Shown: in pieces, positions 19,276 to 26,395 of the stretch | How the letters are laid out: each line of letters opens with the position of its first letter | How positions within the stretch are numbered: the first letter of the stretch is position 1 | Assembly: GCA_034670305.1 (NCBI GenBank) | Contig: JAXMNT010000054.1 | Location: 1-51,978 of the forward strand | Source of the DNA: Deltaproteobacteria bacterium | Lineage (GTDB): Bacteria; Myxococcota_A; Polyangia; Polyangiales; Houyiibacteriaceae | DNA: 51,978 nt | Direction: 5' to 3' | The notes under the pieces: generated by a model | Databases searched by the model: none | The model's input: only the letters and a program-made list of their open reading frames with translations | What the model was told of the DNA's origin: nothing | Position numbers and translations under genes: made by a program

Positions 19276-21071
19276 TTCTTGTCTCCCTCGGAGGTCTTGG
19301 TGGTTTCCGCAGCGGGGCGGGGCCGCCGGATCATGTCGTCGAGCGCGCGGCCGCTCGCGACCATCGGGTACACGCACGCTTCTTCGGTCACTCGGAAGTC
19401 GATGACGGTCGTGCCACTGAACGCTTGCGCCGCCCGCACCGCGGGCTCGACGCCGGCGCGGTCGGTCACTCGCGCGCCCTGCAGTCCGTGGGCTTCGGCG
19501 AGTTTCACGAAGTCCGGCGCGATCATCGGCGTGGCGACGTAGCGCTTGTCGTAGAACATCTCCTGCCACTGGCGGACCATGCCGAGGAAGCCGTTGTTGA
19601 TGATCGCGATGTGCAGCTTGATGCCTTCCTGCAAACAGGTGCTCAGCTCCGGCGCGGTCATCTGGAATCCGCCGTCGCCCGCGATGACCCAGATCTCTTT
19701 GTCTGGATGCGCGAAGCGCGCGCCGATAGCCGCGGGGAGGGCGAAGCCCATCGTGCCGAGTCCCCCACTGGTCAGGAGCGTGCGCGGCTTGTCGTGCGGG
19801 TAGTACTGCGCTTCCCACATCTGATGCTGGCCGACGTCGGTGACGATGATCGCGTCGCCGCCCGTCAGTCGGTAGAGGTCGTGGATCACCGTCGCCGGAT
19901 GCAGACCGTGGTTCTGATCTTCGGTCTGACCGTGCACGATGTCGCCGCCGAGCGAGTCGGTTCGAATCGCTTCGACCCGCGCGCTCCACGCGGTTCGTTT
20001 GCGGGCGGTCAGGCGTGGCACGAGCGTGTTCAACACCTCGCGCACATCGCCGACCAGCGCGACGTCCACCGGCACGTTCTTCCCGATCTCGGCCGGGTCC
20101 AGTTCGACGTGGATCTTCTTCGCGTGCGTCGCGAAGGTCTTCGGGTTGCCGGTCACACGGTCGTCGAAGCGCATGCCGAGCGCGATGAGCAGGTCGGCTT
20201 CCTGGATGGCGTGGTTCACCCACGCTTCGCCGTGCATGCCCATCATGCCGAGCGCGCTCGGATGCGACGCGGGGAACCCGCCGAGGCCGAGCAGCGTGCA
20301 GGCGACCGGGATGTCGGTCTTGGCCACGAACTCGAGGAGCATCGCGCTGGCGGACGCTTTGACGATGCCGTGTCCCGCGAGCACTACGGGCCGCTCCGCC
20401 TGCTCGATGAGCGCGAGCGCGGCTTCGAGTTCCCGCTCGAGCGGGGGCGGCTCGGGCCGGTAGCCCGGCAAGCAGACCGGCGCCTCGGAAGGCGTGTACA
20501 GACACTCCGCCTGCTGCGCGTCCTTCGTGATGTCGACGACCACCGGGCCCGGTCGGCCACTGCGCGCGATGTAGAACGCGGCCCGCAACGTCTCCGCGAT
20601 CTCGTCGGCGGAGGTGACGAGGAAGTTGTGTTTGGTGATCGGCAGCGTGACGCCGGTGATGTCCGTCTCCTGAAACGCGTCGGTGCCGAGCAGGTGCGAA
20701 GGGACCTGACCGGTGATGCAGACCATCGGGATCGAGTCGAGCATCGCGGTGGCGAGACCGGTGACCAGGTTGGTTGCACCGGGACCACTGGTCGCGATCG
20801 CGACGCCCACTTCCCCGGAGGCCCGCGCGTACCCGTCGGCCATGTGCGACGCGCCTTGTTCGTGGCGCACCAGTACGTGGTGGATCGGGTAGGACGCCAT
20901 CGCGTCGTACGCCGGCATGATCGCGCCGCCCGGGTAACCGAAGACGACCTCTACACCTTCGGCCAGCAGCACCTCCCACAGGATGTGCGCACCGCTCAAC
21001 GTGCGGGGTTTGGGATCAGGGCGCAGGTCGGCGGTGGCCCGAAGGTCGGGCCGGCGCAGGGACGCGGTCAT
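19272..21071 (-). CDS. ilvB: acetolactate synthase large subunit
   Basis: FGYPGGAI, RHEQGA, TSGPGATN, DAFQE, GMHG, RFDDRVTG, DVGQHQMW, SGGLGTMG, GDGGFQM, GMVRQWQ. Confidence 0.97.
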   Translation of the reverse strand: MTASLRRPDLRATADLRPDPKPRTLSGAHILWEVLLAEGVEVVFGYPGGAIMPAYDAMASYPIHHVLVRHEQGASHMADGYARASGEVGVAIATSGPGATNLVTGLATAMLDSIPMVCITGQVPSHLLGTDAFQETDITGVTLPITKHNFLVTSADEIAETLRAAFYIARSGRPGPVVVDITKDAQQAECLYTPSEAPVCLPGYRPEPPPLERELEAALALIEQAERPVVLAGHGIVKASASAMLLEFVAKTDIPVACTLLGLGGFPASHPSALGMMGMHGEAWVNHAIQEADLLIALGMRFDDRVTGNPKTFATHAKKIHVELDPAEIGKNVPVDVALVGDVREVLNTLVPRLTARKRTAWSARVEAIRTDSLGGDIVHGQTEDQNHGLHPATVIHDLYRLTGGDAIIVTDVGQHQMWEAQYYPHDKPRTLLTSGGLGTMGFALPAAIGARFAHPDKEIWVIAGDGGFQMTAPELSTCLQEGIKLHIAIINNGFLGMVRQWQEMFYDKRYVATPMIAPDFVKLAEAHGLQGARVTDRAGVEPAVRAAQAFSGTTVIDFRVTEEACVYPMVASGRALDDMIRRPRPAAETTKTSEGDKK

Positions 21072-21184
21072 GAAGGTCTCCGAAGGGATGAGGAGTCGGC
21101 GCCGCCCGATCTTCAGGTGGTGGGCGGTTTCCGCTCGGGCGCCTGCGGTTCGAGCCGGCAGGCGCGTGAAGTGAAGTCGAGGTG

Positions 21185-21325
21185 TTAGTAGAGGTTGTCC
21201 GCGAACTTGTGGCCGAGTCGTTCGGCGCGGCAGAGGCGCAGCACTTCGCGGGTGCTCGGAAGGGGCGGCGCCTTGCGTTCGGCGGTTTCCGTGCGGGGGC
21301 GGCTGGGCTGGTTCTTCGTGGTCAT
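21185..21325 (-). CDS. possible 46-aa small protein between the attenuator and ilvB
   Basis: ATG ORF MTTKNQPSRPRTETAERKAPPLPSTREVLRLCRAERLGHKFADNLY; no family recognised. Confidence 0.35.
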   Translation of the reverse strand: MTTKNQPSRPRTETAERKAPPLPSTREVLRLCRAERLGHKFADNLY

Positions 21326-21361
21326 GGAGTCGATTTCTGAGTGAGCGTTCTGTGGAGCGAT

Positions 21362-21396
21362 AAAAAAGCCCCCGCACCGATTCTGGGTGCGGGGGC
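21362..21396 (-). terminator. attenuator terminator of the ilv-leu operon
   Basis: Minus strand GCCCCCGCACC-cagaatc-GGTGCGGGGGC-TTTTTT: perfect 11-bp stem plus U6. Confidence 0.93.
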
Positions 21397-21419
21397 CGAA
21401 CTCGGCTGGCGTGATGCGT

Positions 21420-21557
21420 CTAGCGCGCGCCGTACCCCGCAACGTCCTCTACGAGGACGCCGGCAATTAGAGCGAGTACCAAGCCGCTGGAAGCGACAGG
21501 GGGGAGCGGCGGGTTGGCCGTTCCACTGTGCGTCTTCTCCGGGCTAGTGAGCATCAT
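21420..21557 (-). CDS. ilv-leu operon leader peptide (Leu/Val/Ile control codons)
   Basis: MMLTSPEKTHSGTANPPLPPVASSGLVLALIAGVLVEDVAGYGAR*; control run TTG GTA CTC GCT CTA ATT GCC GGC GTC CTC GTA; antiterminator segment GTTGCGGGG at 21435-21443. Confidence 0.8.
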   Translation of the reverse strand: MMLTSPEKTHSGTANPPLPPVASSGLVLALIAGVLVEDVAGYGAR

Positions 21558-21567
21558 CACGGAAGAC

Positions 21568-21596
21568 ACACTGACCGCGATTGCGCACCGCGTCAA
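21568..21596 (-). promoter_or_regulatory. putative sigma70 promoter of the ilv-leu leader
   Basis: TTGACG-17 bp-CAGTGT on the minus strand; the -10 element is weak. Confidence 0.45.
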
Positions 21597-21810
21597 GAGA
21601 ACAACACAGGGTCTGTTCGTTTTTGTAGGTGCATGTACGCCCGATCCATTAGGCAAGGGACCAGAGTGAGGCGTTCAACGTTCGGAGCGCGACCTTGGTG
21701 CGAAGCGTGCTTCGCGGCTTCGGACCGGCGGAGTCGAGCACCAGTGTTCGGGTCGTTGTCGCGCTGTCCGGCTGTCTGCCCGCTTCTGCCCCGCAGGTAG
21801 CGGCAGGTCG

Positions 21811-23064
21811 TTAAGAAGACGGGGGCTGGAACGGGCTCGGGAAGAGTCCGAAGCGCATGGTGGTCTTCTGGATCTCTTTGGGGGTCTGGAACGCTTCGTC
21901 GAGGCGCAGGCTCAGGGTCTGGGCGAGGCGCCAGAGGAACTTCACCCCGATGATGCTGTTCTGCTGCACGGCGTTGCAGAACGCGTCGCGCGAGAGCCGC
22001 AGCAGCCGACAGTCGGTCTGCGCCAGGACGGAGGCGCTGCGCGCTTTTTGGTTGAGCAGTGCCATCTCGCCGAAGTGCGCGCCCGCTTCGAGTCGGGCGA
22101 TCTCTTGGCCGTCGCGGTTGACCACCGCGGTGCCCTCCACCAGCACGAAGAGTCCATCGGTCATCGCACCCTGCGAGAGGATCATCCCGCCGGCCGCCAC
22201 GGACTTCGTCTCGAGCGCGCTCGCGATGTGCGCGAGCTCGGCCATGTCGAGTTCGCTGAAGAGCAAGATGTGTCGGAGCGCTGCAAAGTTCGCAGTGACC
22301 TCGGTGGTGCGGGCCCGATCGGCGGCGGGTTCCGGCACCTCGGCGCGCGCACCCACGACCAGCGCCGTGATGTTGTCGTCGCCGCCGCGTTCGTTGGCGG
22401 TCGCGACGAGTCCCTCCGCAAGACCCTCGAGTTCGGCGCCGAGCCGATCGCGGAGCTCCGCTGCCTTCGGGAAGTAGCTGTGCAGTCCGTCGGAGCACAG
22501 CAGCAAGGTGTCGCCCGCGAGCACGTCGAAGATCAACGTATCGACGATCACCCGCTCCTGCGGACCGACGGCGCGCGTGACGATGTTGCCGTGTTCGCTC
22601 TCGAGCGCTTGCTCGGGGGTGAGGATGCCGTGTCGCACCGCTTCGGCGACGAAGGTGTGGTCGCGCGAGAGCTGATGCAGTTCGCCGTTGCGCAAGAGGT
22701 AGAGCCGGCTGTCGCCGACGTGCGCCATCGCCGCGCGACCGCCGCGGACGAGGATGGCGGTGCAGGTCGTCCCCGCGCCCTTCTTGCTCTTGTCTTCGGT
22801 GCCCATCGCGTAGATGGCGCGGTTGGCTTCCTCGACTGCGAGACGGAGGACCTCCGCTGCTTCGGCGGCGTCCTTGGGGTTGCGCTCGCGCACCATCGTC
22901 TGGAGCACTTCGCAGGTCTTGTGGCTGGCGACTTCGCCCGCAGCGTGACCGCCCATGCCGTCGCAGACGATGTGCAGCCCCAGCGCGTCGTCGGACAGCC
23001 ACGCGTCCTCGTTGTGGCCGCGCACCTGTCCAACATCACTCGCCCCGCCCACCCGTAGTCGCAT
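21811..23064 (-). CDS. PP2C (Stp1-type) Ser/Thr phosphatase with a C-terminal cyclic-nucleotide-binding domain
   Basis: RGHNED, CDGMGGHAAGEVAS, HVGDSRLY, LCSDGL, GGDDNIT; then HFGEMALLNQKARSASV. Confidence 0.92.
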   Translation of the reverse strand: MRLRVGGASDVGQVRGHNEDAWLSDDALGLHIVCDGMGGHAAGEVASHKTCEVLQTMVRERNPKDAAEAAEVLRLAVEEANRAIYAMGTEDKSKKGAGTTCTAILVRGGRAAMAHVGDSRLYLLRNGELHQLSRDHTFVAEAVRHGILTPEQALESEHGNIVTRAVGPQERVIVDTLIFDVLAGDTLLLCSDGLHSYFPKAAELRDRLGAELEGLAEGLVATANERGGDDNITALVVGARAEVPEPAADRARTTEVTANFAALRHILLFSELDMAELAHIASALETKSVAAGGMILSQGAMTDGLFVLVEGTAVVNRDGQEIARLEAGAHFGEMALLNQKARSASVLAQTDCRLLRLSRDAFCNAVQQNSIIGVKFLWRLAQTLSLRLDEAFQTPKEIQKTTMRFGLFPSPFQPPSS

Positions 23065-23154
23065 GGCCGCGACGGTATCCGATCTGGGGGCCGCCCCAAA
23101 GCACCATTGCCGGCCCTGGTCGGCGGCGTGGTCGGCGAGCGCGCGGCTACGCCC

Positions 23155-24222
23155 TCAGAGGGAGTCGATCCACGTCCGGACGGTCTCGAGTCCGACCGGG
23201 TCGGTGATCTCGGTGGCCGCGGGCGGCATCTGGACGCCTTCGGACCGCGAGTCCATGCGCACGACGGCGGTGCTCCGGGCGGCGTCACCCGGCGCGATGC
23301 GCAGCACCGCGTCGTCCACGGTGAAGATGCTCGGTTGGCTCACCGCGGTCATCCAGGTCTGCGTCTCCGAGACCGCGCCGAGTCCGACCTCGAGTTTGAA
23401 GTCCAACCCCGCCATCGGGGCATCGCCGCCATGGCAGTGGCTGCAGTTCGCGTGGAAGTAACCGAGTGCTTCCTGGGCGGCTGCTTCACCCGGCACCGCC
23501 ACCTCGCTCGGATCGACGTAGTCGGAGAGCCATCCCATGTCGTTGAGGTTGGCCAACGTGATCGAGGTGTCGCCGTGGTTGAGCTGGATCGCTGCGAACC
23601 CGAGTGGCACGTCCGGCTGTCCCCGGCCGTTGTGGCACTGCACGCAGACGGCCCGCGAGGGGATGTCGTGGTCGGTGCCGAGCACGTTCTCGGCCCCCTC
23701 GGTGACTTCGAAGACGCCGTCCTGCGACTCGTTCCACTGGAAGGTGCGCATGATCCAGGAGCCGATGCCGACGCCGTCGCCGTTCTTCTCGAAGAGCCGC
23801 GTTTCGAGGTGTCGGCCGTCGAGGTCGAAGTTCTTCCAGATCCGAGTTCCGCGGGGGAACACCCAGGCGTCCGAGTTCGACGTATCGATCACTGCACCTT
23901 CGGGCACTGAGATGAACCGTTGTTTGTCGGTTCCATCGCTCCACAGCCAGTAGCGCGGGTTGAACGGGAGTACGCCCGCGGACAACACAGAACAGCGTGG
24001 GTCCGTATACAGCCCAGGCGGGCCATCGCAGGGACGGCCGGCGTCCACGCCTGCATCGGGCGGGCCCACGTCCACACCCGCGTCGAACACCTCGGGGGCG
24101 TCCGGTTCGTCCGCGACATCGGCGGGGCCTGCATCGAGCACAACAGCGTCGTCGTCACCGCAGGCGGTGGTGAGGTTCAAGGATGTGGAGACCAAGAGAA
24201 AGAGACAGAACGTGTTGCGCAT
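23155..24222 (-). CDS. lipoprotein diheme c-type cytochrome (SO2930-like)
   Basis: Lipobox LTTAC, LWSDGTDKQR, LETR, two CxxCH motifs (CVQCH, CSHCH), QMPP. Confidence 0.8.
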   Translation of the reverse strand: MRNTFCLFLLVSTSLNLTTACGDDDAVVLDAGPADVADEPDAPEVFDAGVDVGPPDAGVDAGRPCDGPPGLYTDPRCSVLSAGVLPFNPRYWLWSDGTDKQRFISVPEGAVIDTSNSDAWVFPRGTRIWKNFDLDGRHLETRLFEKNGDGVGIGSWIMRTFQWNESQDGVFEVTEGAENVLGTDHDIPSRAVCVQCHNGRGQPDVPLGFAAIQLNHGDTSITLANLNDMGWLSDYVDPSEVAVPGEAAAQEALGYFHANCSHCHGGDAPMAGLDFKLEVGLGAVSETQTWMTAVSQPSIFTVDDAVLRIAPGDAARSTAVVRMDSRSEGVQMPPAATEITDPVGLETVRTWIDSL

Positions 24223-24339
24223 CGGTGTACCCAGCTATGCTATGCCACGAATTCGGAAAGCTTTCATGATTCGGTTCTCCGGGATCGAGTGGAGCGTCGG
24301 CAGCTTGGTGCCGGTAACGCCGACGAAGAGGGTGTGGGC

Positions 24340-25182
24340 ATGAGCAGTGCGCGTTTTGTGTGGGTCATCGCGGCGGGGATTTTCCTTGTTGGCCTCGAGT
24401 CGACGGCGGTCGCTCAGCCGGTGGACGAAAACCTGGACCACGCGGCCCGTCTGACGTTCCAGGCGGGCTCCGAAGCGTTCAGCGCGGGTGACTACGCGAC
24501 GGCGCTCGACCGGTTCCAGCAAGCGTACGATCTGAGCCACCGACCGGTGCTGCTCTACAACATCGCCACCTGCCTCGATCGCCTGCGACGAGACGAAGAC
24601 GCGGTCGCGCAGTTCAACGCCTACATCGAGGCGGTGCCCGACGCGCACGACCGCGCAGAGGTCGAGGCCCGCGTCGCTGTACTTCAAGCGGCCATCGATC
24701 AGCGCAACGCGGAGCAAGCCGAGCGGGAGCGCATCGCCGCCGAAGCAGAAGCCGAGCGCGAACGACTTCGGCTCGAAGCCGAGCGCCAAGCACAGAACCA
24801 AGACGACGACGAAGGTGGCGGTTTGCACGCGGGCGTCGCGCTCGGGTTGGCCGGCGCCACCCTGGTGGTCGGCGGTCTGATCGTGTGGAGCGGGCTCAAC
24901 GCGGTGTCGCGCAACGACGACTTCGAGGCGTACGCGAACAGCCCCGGAGCCAACCTGGCGGAGGCGGAAGTGCTCTTCGACGACGTGGTCGGCGCGGAGA
25001 TTCGCACCAACGCGCTCATCGGAGTCGCAGCGGCGCTCGGTGCCGCGACCGTGGTCATCGCGATCTTCACCGACTGGAGTTTCGGTGGAGACAGCGACGA
25101 CGACGAAGGGGATGTGCAAGCCACACCCACCGCGTCGTTCTCTCGCGACGGCGGCATGGTCGGACTTGTGGGGAGCTTCTGA
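24340..25182 (+). CDS. secreted/membrane TPR protein, myxobacterial type
   Basis: Signal peptide, TPR FQQAYDLSHRPVLLYNIATCLDRL, two C-terminal TM helices. Confidence 0.75.
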   Translation: MSSARFVWVIAAGIFLVGLESTAVAQPVDENLDHAARLTFQAGSEAFSAGDYATALDRFQQAYDLSHRPVLLYNIATCLDRLRRDEDAVAQFNAYIEAVPDAHDRAEVEARVAVLQAAIDQRNAEQAERERIAAEAEAERERLRLEAERQAQNQDDDEGGGLHAGVALGLAGATLVVGGLIVWSGLNAVSRNDDFEAYANSPGANLAEAEVLFDDVVGAEIRTNALIGVAAALGAATVVIAIFTDWSFGGDSDDDEGDVQATPTASFSRDGGMVGLVGSF

Positions 25183-26207
25183 TGCGTCTTTCTTTGATTC
25201 TCTTGGTGCTCGTGTTCGGGGCGAACTGCCGCCTCGCCGATGAAACCCTCCTCGACCGGTTGGCGGACGGTGGGGCAGGCGTGGATGCGCCGACCGGCGA
25301 AGACGCGCCGTCGACCGAGCAGGTCGCGGTCGATCAGTGCGGCGCAGACGACGTGATGGTCCTGACCGAGACCACCCTCGACATCTTGATCGACACCACC
25401 ACGCTGACCGCGCAGAACACGCAGGTTACGTGTGCCGAGAGCCGCGGCAACGATGGGTTCCTCGCGGTCGAGGTGAACGGCGGCGAGTTCTGGCACTTCC
25501 ACCTGCGCACCGAATCCGCCGCGAGCGACCGCAACCCGGTGCTCTACCTACTCACCGATGGCTGCGACACCCGCAGTTGCGTGCAGCTCAGCGACACCTG
25601 CTCGGCCAACCGAGACGAACACTTCGGATTCATTCCGACCGGTGCCCGCCAAACCTGGTTCATCGGCGTCGACGACGCGAACGAAGGCGGCGGCCGCTAC
25701 CTTCTCGATGCGATCAAGCCGACGTGTGGCAACGGGTCCGCGGAGCACGGCGAGAGCTGCGACGGCCAAGAAGCGTGCAACGACGATTGCCGCTACGAGA
25801 TCACCAGCGACTCGGTGCAGGAGCGCATCCCCAACGACAACTTCCAAGAAGCCAATGAGATCGTGCTGGATGGCAACCAGCTCGAACTGCGCGGCGACAT
25901 GGGCGGCATCGGGGACTGCAACTACCCGGACGTCTACACGATCCTCGTGCCGGACGGGGCGCAGCTCGAAGTGGTCGCGCGGGATGAGTCGAGCATGCGG
26001 TGCATGACGACGGCAACCGCGCCGTTCTCGTTGACCCTGCTCAACGCCGCCGGAACCACCCGAGGTGGTGGCGAAGACGGCAGCGGTTGTCCGATCATCG
26101 ATCAGTCGGGACTGCCGGGCGGTCGCTACTTCGTACGGCTCGTCGACCAGCGGCTCGATCGCTCGAGCATCTTCAACTACCGACTGTTCTTCCGGTTGAC
26201 GCCATGA
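25182..26207 (+). CDS. Cys-rich putative lipoprotein with PPC-like beta domains
   Basis: MRLSLILLVLVFGANC lipobox-like sequence, CGNG...GESCD myxobacterial Cys motif; TGATG coupling to the upstream gene. Confidence 0.65.
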   Translation: MRLSLILLVLVFGANCRLADETLLDRLADGGAGVDAPTGEDAPSTEQVAVDQCGADDVMVLTETTLDILIDTTTLTAQNTQVTCAESRGNDGFLAVEVNGGEFWHFHLRTESAASDRNPVLYLLTDGCDTRSCVQLSDTCSANRDEHFGFIPTGARQTWFIGVDDANEGGGRYLLDAIKPTCGNGSAEHGESCDGQEACNDDCRYEITSDSVQERIPNDNFQEANEIVLDGNQLELRGDMGGIGDCNYPDVYTILVPDGAQLEVVARDESSMRCMTTATAPFSLTLLNAAGTTRGGGEDGSGCPIIDQSGLPGGRYFVRLVDQRLDRSSIFNYRLFFRLTP

Positions 26208-26208
26208 G

Positions 26209-26393
26209 GGGGCTTTGCCCCGAGGCCGGAGGGGGATGCGCCCATCGGACAACAAACGGTGGAGAGCGCCGTCAGGCGCCGAAGACCGTCGAAGTGCGCA
26301 GCACTTCGCGCGAAGCGAAGTTGGGGAGGAGGCCGGAGGGGCTTTGCCGCGAGGCCGGAGGGGGATGCGCCCATCCCCCTCGGACAACAAACG
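26209..26393. repeat. REP-like composite element: two ~50-bp direct repeats around a hairpin spacer
   Basis: ggggctttgcc(c/g)cgaggccggagggggatgcgcccatc(cccctc)ggacaacaaacg at 26209-26258 and 26338-26393; the spacer carries GAAGTGC-gca-GCACTTC and GCGAAGC. Confidence 0.85.
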
Positions 26394-26395
26394 CG

